Source: a virus
Direction: 5' to 3' (one strand)
Virus genome (UHGV): UHGV-0210683
DNA length: 40,225 nucleotides
Notes under the pieces: generated by a model
What the model saw: the letters and a program-made list of their open reading frames with translations, nothing else
Database searches by the model: none
What the model was told of the DNA's origin: nothing
Part shown: positions 1 through 8,113 of the stretch, one piece after another
How positions within the stretch are numbered: position 1 is the first letter of the stretch
How the letters are laid out: every line of letters starts with the position of its first letter
Translations under genes and position numbers: made by a program

Positions 1-477
1 GTGATGAAACCTATCCTTGATATGTGTTGCGGCAGCCGGATGTTTTGGTTTGACAGGCAAGATAACAGAGTTGTTTTTAGTGATATCAGGCTCGAAAAAC
101 ACATTTTGTGTGACGGAAGAAAATTAAACATAACACCGGATATTATCGCTGACTTTAAAAACCTTCCGTTCCCGGATGAAACATTCTACCAGGTGTTGTT
201 TGACCCGCCACATCTCGTCCGGGTGGGTAAAAATAGCTGGATGTTTAAAAAATACGGTGCGCTGGATAAGCATTCATGGCGCTCTGACCTGGCCGCCGGT
301 TTCAGAGAAGCATTCAGGGTGCTGCGGCCACACGGCGCATTAATGTTTAAATGGAATGAAACACAGATACCGACCAGGGAAATACTGGCTCTTACAGACG
401 AAAAACCAACAGTGGTTCAAAGAGTCGGAAAAAACGATAAAACTCACTGGATTTCATTTTATAAGGAGGGGGTATGA
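1..477 (+). CDS. Phage class I SAM-dependent methyltransferase (probable amino-DNA MTase)
   Basis: Motif I-like ILDMCCGSRMFWF and motif IV-like DPPH. ATGA overlap with the next gene. Confidence 0.75.
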   Translation: MMKPILDMCCGSRMFWFDRQDNRVVFSDIRLEKHILCDGRKLNITPDIIADFKNLPFPDETFYQVLFDPPHLVRVGKNSWMFKKYGALDKHSWRSDLAAGFREAFRVLRPHGALMFKWNETQIPTREILALTDEKPTVVQRVGKNDKTHWISFYKEGV

Positions 478-2603
478 GCCTGACTTACGGATCTGTCTGT
501 TCCGGTATTGAGGCCGCTTCGGTCGCCTGGGAGCCTATCGGAATGACACCCCTCTGGTTCAGCGAAATTGAACCGTTCCCGTCTGCCGTACTGGCTGCGC
601 ACTGGCGCCAGGTGGATAACCTGGGCGATATGACAAAAATCTCTGCAGCTGTTCGCGCCGGTGATGTGCCTGCACCGGATCTGCTGGTGGGCGGCACACC
701 GTGTCAGGCATTCAGTGTTGCCGGATTACGCGGTGGCCTGAGTGACGAACGCGGACAATTAACCCTTTCTTACGTTGAATTAGCGGACAGCATTGATGAA
801 AAAAGAGAACAAAACGGTGAGCAACCGGCAATCATTGTCTGGGAAAACGTCCCCGGTGTGCTCAGCAGCAAAGATAACGCCTTTGGTTGCTTCCTTGCAG
901 GACTTGCCGGAGAAAGTGAAGAATTCAAGCCGACAGGGAAAAAATGGACAAACGTTGGTTATGTGTCTGGACCCAAAAGAACTATCGCGTGGCGGATCCT
1001 CGATGCTCAATATTTCGGAGTCGCGCAGCGCCGCCGTCGCGTGTTCGTTGTCGCAAGTGCTCGAACAGACATCTGTCCCGCAGAAATACTTTTTGAGTAC
1101 GACAGCCTGCACGGGGATATTACGCCGGGCGGAGAAACGGGGCAGACAGTTGCCGCTCTTACTAAAAACGGCGTTGGCGCAACAGGCGCAGACGACAACC
1201 AGGCACAGGCCGGACATCTGATTGCATTCGGTGGGGGCAATACTTCCGGCGAGATCAAAGTTGCCACTACCTGCACAGCACACGGTGCCAGATTAGATTT
1301 TGATACTGACACTTTTGCAGTACACGGCACCCAAGATCCGGACGTTAATCATGAACTGGCGCACACTCTGGGACGTAACCACGGGCAGGAAAATGCCTGT
1401 ATTTCATTTGCAGAAAACAGCCAGGGGGAAATCAGGCTGCAAGGTGGTGACGGTCAGATAGTCGGGCCTTTATCTACAGGTGGCGGTAAGCCTGGTCAGG
1501 GATATCCTGCAATTGCATTCAGCTGCAAAGACTACGGCGGGGATGCTATCGAAAACCTTTCTCCGACATTACGGGCCGGTAACAGCAGCAACAGCAACCA
1601 GAATTCAGGGCAGCCGCCTGCGATTGCTTTGGCAGGAAATACTATTGGCCGCGCACCACAAAACGGTGGCAACGGAACTGGGTATGATGAATCCGGCGTT
1701 TCGTACACCCTGACAAAATCAGATATTCATGGTGTTTCGGTTCGCAATAGCGTCCGCCGCCTGACTCCCGTCGAATGTGAGCGGTTACAGGGATTCCCGG
1801 ATAACCACACCCTAATCAGCTGGCGCGGTAAAGATGCGGCTGACTGCCCGGACGGTCCGCGTTACCGCGCTATCGGTAACAGCATGGCGGTACCGGTTAT
1901 GCGCTGGATTGGTGAACGTATCCTTGCCGCGCTGCCGGTGCAGGAAACCCCGGATCTGCGCTCAGATTACGTGATTGAACTGGAAGAACTCCGTAATAAA
2001 TCTGCCCACATGCTGAAAGAGGTCGGTGACCAGTGGCGGACACCTGATGCGCTGTACTGGGGTATTAACGCGAAGTTCGGCCCGTTCACTCTCGACCTGT
2101 TTACAGATGGTCAGAACAGCAAATGCCCGAATTATTACACCGCCGAAGATAACGCACTGACTCAGGACTGGTCAGAAAAACTGAAAGAGTTGGGCGGTGC
2201 AGCATACGGCAACCCGCCATATTCCCGCAGTAGTTATCACGATAAACAGGCCGTAACCGGTGTTCGTAACATCATGGAGCACGCTCAGGCTATGCGTGAG
2301 AAAGGTGGCCGGTATGTTTTCCTGCTGAAAGCAGCAACGAGCGAAGTGTGGTGGCCGGAGTGGGCTGATCATGTTGCATTCATCCGTGGTCGTATCGGGT
2401 TCGATTTACCGGACTGGTTTGTGCCGGCGGATGAAAAACAGAAACCTTCAGGTGCTTTCTTTGCCGGTGCAGTTGTCATCTTGGATAAGGACTGGCAGGG
2501 AGACAAAATCAGTTATATCAGCCGTGACGAGCTGATCGCCATCGGTGAACTATTTATGAAGCAGGCGCATTGGCTGGTGGAGAAAACAGGGGAGGCTGCG
2601 TGA
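474..2603 (+). CDS. Fused DNA cytosine-C5 methyltransferase plus phage Dam-type N6-adenine methyltransferase
   Basis: C5 motifs SVCSGIEA, GTPCQAFS, ENVPG, QRRRRVF, RRLTPVECERLQGFP, GNSMAVPV. The C-terminal domain has DQWRTP, LDLF and NPPY, typical of phage Dam-family proteins. Confidence 0.9.
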   Translation: MSLTYGSVCSGIEAASVAWEPIGMTPLWFSEIEPFPSAVLAAHWRQVDNLGDMTKISAAVRAGDVPAPDLLVGGTPCQAFSVAGLRGGLSDERGQLTLSYVELADSIDEKREQNGEQPAIIVWENVPGVLSSKDNAFGCFLAGLAGESEEFKPTGKKWTNVGYVSGPKRTIAWRILDAQYFGVAQRRRRVFVVASARTDICPAEILFEYDSLHGDITPGGETGQTVAALTKNGVGATGADDNQAQAGHLIAFGGGNTSGEIKVATTCTAHGARLDFDTDTFAVHGTQDPDVNHELAHTLGRNHGQENACISFAENSQGEIRLQGGDGQIVGPLSTGGGKPGQGYPAIAFSCKDYGGDAIENLSPTLRAGNSSNSNQNSGQPPAIALAGNTIGRAPQNGGNGTGYDESGVSYTLTKSDIHGVSVRNSVRRLTPVECERLQGFPDNHTLISWRGKDAADCPDGPRYRAIGNSMAVPVMRWIGERILAALPVQETPDLRSDYVIELEELRNKSAHMLKEVGDQWRTPDALYWGINAKFGPFTLDLFTDGQNSKCPNYYTAEDNALTQDWSEKLKELGGAAYGNPPYSRSSYHDKQAVTGVRNIMEHAQAMREKGGRYVFLLKAATSEVWWPEWADHVAFIRGRIGFDLPDWFVPADEKQKPSGAFFAGAVVILDKDWQGDKISYISRDELIAIGELFMKQAHWLVEKTGEAA
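793..1221 (+). CDS. Possible nested alternative-frame protein inside the C5-MTase gene (start uncertain; ATGs at 961 and 1003)
   Basis: Open overlapping frame ending in SLSQVLE..VPQKYFLS.TAC.GILRRAEKRGRQLP, a pattern I recall from alternative-frame ORFs of C5-MTase genes. Confidence 0.45.
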   Translation: MMKKENKTVSNRQSLSGKTSPVCSAAKITPLVASLQDLPEKVKNSSRQGKNGQTLVMCLDPKELSRGGSSMLNISESRSAAVACSLSQVLEQTSVPQKYFLSTTACTGILRRAEKRGRQLPLLLKTALAQQAQTTTRHRPDI

Positions 2604-3004
2604 TGATGATCTATACCCAAATTGCAACAGAGATTCCGGCTGGTACGGAGATAACCCGCAAGTATATTCAGGAAAAATACAATATTAATCGTGATCAGGT
2701 ACAAGCGGTAATCAGTGTGCTGCTCAAAACAGGAGCTGTGAAGGTGACGGAATGGCGCGGAAAATTGCGGCATGCCTTTGAAGTATTACCATGTGCCGGG
2801 GAGGTGACTCGCGCATACGAAAAGAAAACGGCATCCTGGAACAGGCCGGCGGAGAGGAAAAGTAAACCTCTGACACCTCGATCAATGGATCGCACTGATA
2901 TAGCTGAGTATCAGTTTACGGAAAAACAAAACCGGCTGATATCTGAATTTACAGCGGCTCAGCGGGAACTGAGAAAATCAAATGGAGTGTATCTCAATGG
3001 CTAA
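2600..3004 (+). CDS. Hypothetical protein, probable winged-helix DNA-binding domain
   Basis: GTGA overlap with the MTase stop, GGGGAGG RBS, wHTH-like ITRKYIQEKYNINRDQVQAVISVLLKTGAVKV. Confidence 0.65.
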   Translation: MMMIYTQIATEIPAGTEITRKYIQEKYNINRDQVQAVISVLLKTGAVKVTEWRGKLRHAFEVLPCAGEVTRAYEKKTASWNRPAERKSKPLTPRSMDRTDIAEYQFTEKQNRLISEFTAAQRELRKSNGVYLNG

Positions 3005-3335
3005 GTCCCCAGCAGAACGCAAAGCCGCACAGAGAGCGCGGCAAAAGAAAACCGGTATAGTCAAACTTGAACTGCTGGTGGATGAGCAGGAACTGGAAAT
3101 GCTGCAGCGTAATTGTTCGTTGCGGCGGCCTGGCCGGGAACCTTATGAGCTGAATGAGTACCTGACGATGCTCATCAGAATCGATGACCGGTCGCTAAAA
3201 TCTGAAATTGAGGAACTGAGTAAGAAAACATGTCGGAAATGTGGCGAAAAACTGCCTGTGGCGGAATGCTGTATGGCTGGTGATGCTGAGTGCTGGAATA
3301 CACTCGGATGGCATGATTTAAAGCTCTGCATATAG
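2997..3335 (+). CDS. Conserved phage hypothetical protein with Cys-rich C-terminus
   Basis: MAKSPAERKAAQRARQ N-terminus, CRKC...CC....C putative Zn site, GGAG RBS. Confidence 0.75.
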   Translation: MAKSPAERKAAQRARQKKTGIVKLELLVDEQELEMLQRNCSLRRPGREPYELNEYLTMLIRIDDRSLKSEIEELSKKTCRKCGEKLPVAECCMAGDAECWNTLGWHDLKLCI

Positions 3336-3492
3336 CTTCTGTATTATAACCTGTGGTTTTCTTAGATGAGATCTTGATTAAGTACGGGGAGTCATTTTTG
3401 ATATATTCTAAAGCTATATTTATTAATCATAAAAGTTACATACTATTTAATTGTTTGATACTAAATAGTATATCTTATCAAAGGGTAATTTT

Positions 3493-4512
3493 ATGGGTTT
3501 TATGTCTAAACTGCGTCAGTTTTTTTTACCTAATAATAAATCCGGAGTCGCGGATAAGTGCTTAGATAAGAAGGATGATAAACGAAAACGTAATGCGAAT
3601 ATTCAAAAAAAATGGTTAACACTAAATACCCCCCCTTTTTTTGGCAAAGCGTGTATGTCACCCAACAAACGCTGGGTTGTTGGATGCAGTGATGATGATG
3701 GTCACGGTACTGGTGGCTGTAGGGATAAGGGCTGCGGTCGGGTGTTATTCTTAGATTATGAGAATGATAACGTTGTCTTCGAGTTGACAAATATTGCTCG
3801 CCCAGTCTCAGCTGCAGTAGCTGACACTGGGCGATTTCTGGTGTTGGATTGTTGCTTTGGAACAGATCTTCAAAGTGAATTGATTACTATTGATCCAGAT
3901 AAAACAGAAGTATACAGACGTTACTTAAAGGCGAATATTTTCAGCATGGGGATTTCAAAATGTGGTAGATATGCAATTTTACAAACATGCAACGCACCAA
4001 ATGAAGATGGAAATATTTTATCTCTGATGGATTTGCAAAGTCAGTCTGTTCTATTTTCTGTGACTCCGTCTACGAGTTGGGCAGATCGTTATAAATTTAA
4101 GGTGGGTACTGATGGTCTGTTAGTTTCCGTTCTGTGTGAGGAAAAAAATGTAGGTTGGTTTAGCTACGCAGCAGATGGAACATTTAATGATAGCTCGGCT
4201 TATCTAAAGGCTCGTTTGGAAAAAGGCGATTACAGCGTAAAAATTCTGGCAGCTAAGGAATTATTGGATTTAAGTGCCGAAAAACAAGATGCCAAGATAG
4301 CATTAGAAGTTGTAGATACCGCACTTTTAGATGGAGCCAATATGCGATCCGACTGGAGTGCTAGTGCGCATAAGATACGTGGAGAAGCATTTGAAATACT
4401 GGATGAACCATGCAAAGCATTAGAGGCATATGAGACCGCTTTAGGGCTAAACCCTAAAATTGGTGTGAAAAGGAAGATTGCCGCTATAAAAAAATCATTA
4501 ACAATAAATTAG
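3493..4512 (+). CDS. AT-rich moron protein with beta-rich repeats and a C-terminal TPR
   Basis: 339-aa ORF in a visibly AT-rich island (~3336-4660). The C-terminal AHKIRGEAFEILDEPCKALEAYETALGLNPKIG is TPR-like. Confidence 0.7.
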   Translation: MGFMSKLRQFFLPNNKSGVADKCLDKKDDKRKRNANIQKKWLTLNTPPFFGKACMSPNKRWVVGCSDDDGHGTGGCRDKGCGRVLFLDYENDNVVFELTNIARPVSAAVADTGRFLVLDCCFGTDLQSELITIDPDKTEVYRRYLKANIFSMGISKCGRYAILQTCNAPNEDGNILSLMDLQSQSVLFSVTPSTSWADRYKFKVGTDGLLVSVLCEEKNVGWFSYAADGTFNDSSAYLKARLEKGDYSVKILAAKELLDLSAEKQDAKIALEVVDTALLDGANMRSDWSASAHKIRGEAFEILDEPCKALEAYETALGLNPKIGVKRKIAAIKKSLTIN

Positions 4513-4656
4513 ACCTATAATCTTAATGCCTGCAATATAATTAATGGTTTCATCACGTAGTAGTGATTTACATTATTTTGTTCTTAAGTATTGTGTTGAT
4601 TTATTAGAGATAGAATGCCGTAATACTAATTAGCAATTTACATTACATCAGTGTAT

Positions 4657-4730
4657 TATTCAGGTGCTGGCCTGAACAACCAGCATCCTGAATACCCGCT
4701 GTGCCACCGGAGATATTTACATGGCACAGC
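4657..4730 (+). promoter_or_regulatory. Structured 5' leader of the DUF1367-Ref-Q operon (two hairpins, the second occluding the start codon)
   Basis: ATTCAGG-TGCTGG...CCAGCA-T-CCTGAAT hairpin (4657-4693). GCTGTGCCA (4698-4706) pairs with TGGCACAGC (4722-4730), enclosing GGAG and covering the ATG at 4721. Confidence 0.6.
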
Positions 4731-5314
4731 ATAGCTTTATCAAACTCCCCAACGATACTCTTGCGCCTGCAAATCCGGCAGCAAGGGATTATCTGCATTC
4801 AAAAGTTAAGTGCGGTGATGTGCTGTCAGCAGACTTCAAAAAGGCACGTAACCCACGATTTCACCGCAAATATTTCGCACTCCTGAACCTCGGTTATGAA
4901 TATTGGGAACCGGTCGGCGGCACCATTTCGCCGGAAGAAAAAGAACTGGTTCGCGGGTATGTGAAATTCCTCGCTTATTACACGGACAATGACGATGCAC
5001 TGCAGTCAGCAGCTGACGCCTATCTTGATGATGTAGCACAAAAGCGCGCGCAGAATATTACTGCGACAAAATCTTTTGACGCTTTCCGATCCTGGGCCAT
5101 TGAACAATCCGGCCAGTACGACACCTACGAAATGCCTGACGGCAGCCTGCGCCGTGTCGCTAAATCAATCAGCTTTGCCAAAATGGATGACCTGCAATTT
5201 GGCGAACTCTATAAATCCACGCTTGATGTGCTGTGGAACTTCATTCTGTACCGCAATTTTTCCACGCAACAGGCCGCTGAGAACGCGGCAGCACAGTTAT
5301 TAGATTTTACCTGA
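4721..5314 (+). CDS. DUF1367-family phage protein
   Basis: RNPRFHRKYFALLNLGYEYWEP and KSISFAKMDD.QF..LY motifs; typical position upstream of Q. Confidence 0.8.
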   Translation: MAQHSFIKLPNDTLAPANPAARDYLHSKVKCGDVLSADFKKARNPRFHRKYFALLNLGYEYWEPVGGTISPEEKELVRGYVKFLAYYTDNDDALQSAADAYLDDVAQKRAQNITATKSFDAFRSWAIEQSGQYDTYEMPDGSLRRVAKSISFAKMDDLQFGELYKSTLDVLWNFILYRNFSTQQAAENAAAQLLDFT

Positions 5315-5326
5315 GAGGCAAGACCA

Positions 5327-5638
5327 ATGACCAAATCAAAGACCAAAGCAGAACAGCAATGGCTGTCGGATGTGGCCGAACTCGGCTGTATCTGCTGCCG
5401 TAACATGGGGTACGGGGCATCCCGTGCAGAACTGCATCATGTGAGAAACGGGCAGGGTATGGGACAAAGGGCGGATCATTATTCCGTACTCCCTTTATGT
5501 CCGCAGCACCACTGGGCATGTTACGAAACGGGATTCCATGCAGCCCCTGCAACATGGCAGCAGATCCACGGCAGCGAACGTGAATTACTGGAGCAGGTAA
5601 TACAGGAAGTCAGGGAGCTGCGAGCATGCCGAGTATGA
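5327..5638 (+). CDS. Ref-like (recombination enhancement) HNH/Zn-finger nuclease
   Basis: GCICC...AELHH...G.G.RA....VLPLCPQHH pattern. Confidence 0.75.
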   Translation: MTKSKTKAEQQWLSDVAELGCICCRNMGYGASRAELHHVRNGQGMGQRADHYSVLPLCPQHHWACYETGFHAAPATWQQIHGSERELLEQVIQEVRELRACRV

Positions 5639-6162
5639 AAAATATTTCTGATGGGCTGAGGCTCGATAAAGAACGTGAAGAGTGGTTACAAAACTGGTTA
5701 TCTTTGTTTGGTGCCTGGGTTTATAGCGGAAGATTAGAAAAGCGGCAGAGCAGTATGATAGCCCAATTTATGGCTACCGTAGAGCGCAGAGATTACCCCG
5801 ATCGCCCTGTTTGTAATGATGATGACGGTCTGCTAATTAATGAGGTGGTAAAGCTGATTTACCATATTGATACGGAAGCCTTTGATATGCTGCTCAGTCG
5901 ATATGTTTATTGCGCATCAGACAGAGCAATAGCCCGTGCACGGCATGGAAAATACAGGCTAAAAGCCATCATTGCACAAAAAAACGGGCTGCCAGCAAAG
6001 AAAGTACCATCATTATCCACATGCCGCCGGGAGGTGGACGAAATACTAAAAGCAGCTGAGTATTTATTATACCAACCGCTGGTAGATGCGTTTAAAAGGA
6101 AAGAAAAAGAAAAGATCCTGAGGCGAAATAGCAAAAACATGTTGACTTCTTTGAACCAGTGA
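5626..6162 (+). CDS. Late-gene antitermination protein Q
   Basis: WL..FGAW, CNDDDGLLI motif, C-terminal HTH; directly followed by a pR'-like promoter and terminators. Confidence 0.85.
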   Translation: MPSMKNISDGLRLDKEREEWLQNWLSLFGAWVYSGRLEKRQSSMIAQFMATVERRDYPDRPVCNDDDGLLINEVVKLIYHIDTEAFDMLLSRYVYCASDRAIARARHGKYRLKAIIAQKNGLPAKKVPSLSTCRREVDEILKAAEYLLYQPLVDAFKRKEKEKILRRNSKNMLTSLNQ

Positions 6163-6170
6163 GCCACTAT
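6142..6170 (+). promoter_or_regulatory. Late promoter pR'
   Basis: TTGACT-17 bp-CACTAT overlapping the end of Q and followed by tandem terminators. Confidence 0.7.
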
Positions 6171-6207
6171 TTCAGGGTAAGTTGCCGTTTTTGTAACTGT
6201 ACCAACT

Positions 6208-6233
6208 AACCCAGCCAATGCGCTGGGTTTTTT
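6208..6233 (+). terminator. Rho-independent terminator tR'
   Basis: AACCCAGC-loop-GCTGGGTT followed by a T run. Confidence 0.8.
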
Positions 6234-6259
6234 CGTTTTTACCTCGTTGTTTATCCTGG

Positions 6260-6283
6260 GCCTCGCTTATGCGGGGCTTTTTT
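6260..6283 (+). terminator. Second Rho-independent terminator
   Basis: GCCTCGC-TTAT-GCGGGGC-TTTTTT. Confidence 0.75.
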
Positions 6284-6300
6284 GTTTTCGGAGGTAGGGC

Positions 6301-6558
6301 ATGCAATGTGCATTGGAATTCCATTCTGCGGGTGTTCGTCCGACAGAGGAAATGGATGACAGAGACGTCATTGTTTATAACCCGTGCGATGGCTGGCATA
6401 TCGGTTACATTCGCTCAGACAGAGAGGGTGATGATTGCTACGTGGGGATATATGACTTTCCGGGATCGGAGTTGTACCCACATACATTTTACATTGCATG
6501 GGCTTTGTTGCCTGATTCCGATTTAATGTCAGAGCAATTTCCACGCAAGTGGAGATAG
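6301..6558 (+). CDS. Hypothetical acidic protein between Q and holin
   Basis: GGAGG RBS, 85 aa, flanked by terminators. Confidence 0.65.
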   Translation: MQCALEFHSAGVRPTEEMDDRDVIVYNPCDGWHIGYIRSDREGDDCYVGIYDFPGSELYPHTFYIAWALLPDSDLMSEQFPRKWR

Positions 6559-6564
6559 TTATTT

Positions 6565-6587
6565 AGGTCGCTTCGGCGGCCTTTTTT
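6565..6587 (+). terminator. Rho-independent terminator
   Basis: AGGTCGC-TTCG-GCGGCCT-TTTTT. Confidence 0.75.
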
Positions 6588-6799
6588 ATTTACGGAAGCA
6601 ACAAAAAGAGCACTGAGGCGTAACGGGCTCATCCCCCAATCTGCGTCATTTGGTCCAGTGTTCTTCTTATTGCTATCCCGCCGCTGGTGGGATTCCGAAC
6701 AATGCCGCAGCCACCTCATTTTAACCTGTTTAAAACATATAACCCGGTTGCGGCATTTCCCTATCACTCAACATACGGAACACTCCGCAGGGGGTGGAT

Positions 6800-6991
6800 A
6801 TGCGCATGTCTGACAAATATTCCAGCCCTACAGCATACGCCTGGGGACTTATAACCTCTGCTTTTGGCGTTTTATCTCTGGACCAGTGGGCTATTGTTGC
6901 CGGGATCATCTGTACTGTCGGGACGTTCCTGGTGAACTGGTATTACAAACGGAAGGAGTTCCAGTTGAAAGCCGGAGAACATCATGAATAA
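6800..6991 (+). CDS. Class II holin (pinholin-like) with Met-Arg-Met dual start (6800/6806)
   Basis: Two TMDs and a charged C-terminus (NWYYKRKE). A CACTCC-GCAG-GGGGTG hairpin at 6781-6796 overlaps the RBS, resembling the lambda sdi structure. Confidence 0.85.
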   Translation: MRMSDKYSSPTAYAWGLITSAFGVLSLDQWAIVAGIICTVGTFLVNWYYKRKEFQLKAGEHHE

Positions 6992-7460
6992 CCGATTATT
7001 TAAAAAAGTCATGGCTGCCTGTTCTGCCGGTGCAATTGCTGGTGCGCTGGTGCTGATCCCCGCATACGAGGGGGTTGAGTACAAACCTTACCGTGATGTG
7101 GCCGGAGTGCTCACCGTATGTTACGGCCATACCGGTAGTGATATTCAGCCCGGCAAGCTGTACACGGACGCTGAATGTAAGGCGCTGCTGCATGACGACC
7201 TGACGAAAGTCCGGCGCGCGGTTGACCCGATGATTAAAGTGCCGATTGATGACAATACCCGGGCGGCCATCTATTCATTTGCATATAACACCGGAACCGG
7301 TGCGTTCTCGCGTTCGACAATGCTGCGCAAACTCAATGCCGGTGATATCGCCGGTGCATGTGACGAAATGAAGCGCTGGACATTTGCCGGTGGTAAACAG
7401 TGGCAGGGTCTGATTAACCGGCGCGAGACGGAGAAAGCGGTATGCCACGGAACCCTTTAA
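6984..7460 (+). CDS. SAR endolysin (T4-like lysozyme)
   Basis: Gly/Ala-rich N-terminal SAR segment; catalytic E-8x-D-5x-T ([22 protein letters not shown]). Confidence 0.92.
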   Translation: MNNRLFKKVMAACSAGAIAGALVLIPAYEGVEYKPYRDVAGVLTVCYGHTGSDIQPGKLYTDAECKALLHDDLTKVRRAVDPMIKVPIDDNTRAAIYSFAYNTGTGAFSRSTMLRKLNAGDIAGACDEMKRWTFAGGKQWQGLINRRETEKAVCHGTL

Positions 7461-7600
7461 TGCTGATCATCATTGCTATCATCCTGCTGACTACTGCTCT
7501 GTTGGCGGGCTGTTATCTGTATTCACTCCCGAATCACTGTAAGCCGCTACCGGGTAACCCACTGGACGGTGTGATCCACTATGAGTGTGAATCGCCATGA
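7442..7600 (+). CDS. Small lipoprotein (52 aa), not in the ORF track
   Basis: [24 protein letters not shown]...: hydrophobic signal with a LAGC lipobox. The stop overlaps the Rz start (ATGA at 7597-7600). Confidence 0.65.
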   Translation: MPRNPLMLIIIAIILLTTALLAGCYLYSLPNHCKPLPGNPLDGVIHYECESP

Positions 7601-7974
7601 ACTGGAAAGAAGCGGTAATTGCCGCGCTGTTTATTGTTGCCGCCTGGTGGGTATATGACACCTACCGGGATAACCAGCAACTGAAGGTGAATAACACAAC
7701 GTTATCAGGCCAGTTATCGGCACAGCAGGTGATAAACACCATCACGCTTTCAGCTGTTGCTATCAGACACCGTGCCGCACTCGACAACATCAAAGCCAAA
7801 GAAACAGAGGGCACTGAGAATGTCAAAGTTAAAACCGTTATCAGAACGGAGTTTAAAGACAGTGAGTGCGCTGTTACTCCTGTTTCCCCTGGTGTTGTTG
7901 GGAAGTTGCAGCAATACGAAAGAGACATTCGTGCCCGCGCCGGTGGTGCCAATCCCGCCACAACTGACCGCTGA
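7597..7974 (+). CDS. i-spanin (Rz-like)
   Basis: N-terminal TMD, helical periplasmic domain, position after the endolysin. Confidence 0.8.
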   Translation: MNWKEAVIAALFIVAAWWVYDTYRDNQQLKVNNTTLSGQLSAQQVINTITLSAVAIRHRAALDNIKAKETEGTENVKVKTVIRTEFKDSECAVTPVSPGVVGKLQQYERDIRARAGGANPATTDR

Positions 7975-8113
7975 TTGTCCGCTGCCGGTTATTCCTGACG
8001 AACTGACCTATGGCGGCGCAATCCTGTTGTTGGCTGATGCTATGAAGTCGATCGCAGACTGCAATCACGATAAGCGGGCAATACGGGAGATAGAAGCGGA
8101 GAGAGCGAAGTGA
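7820..8113 (+). CDS. o-spanin (Rz1-like lipoprotein)
   Basis: Overlaps Rz in another frame; lipobox LLGS-C; Pro-rich VPAPVVPIPP..CPLP. Start placed at ATG 7820. Confidence 0.8.
   Translation: MSKLKPLSERSLKTVSALLLLFPLVLLGSCSNTKETFVPAPVVPIPPQLTADCPLPVIPDELTYGGAILLLADAMKSIADCNHDKRAIREIEAERAK

Noticed and set aside
3326..3353. LexA box upstream of the moron
   Set aside because: CTGT-N8 is not followed by ACAG.
3353..3565. 70-aa hydrophobic ORF upstream of the moron
   Set aside because: GTG start without an RBS in AT-rich promoter-like DNA; it overlaps the real gene.
4621..4645. CI operator upstream of DUF1367
   Set aside because: Only one half-site (ATTAGCAAT) matches; the palindromic second half is absent.
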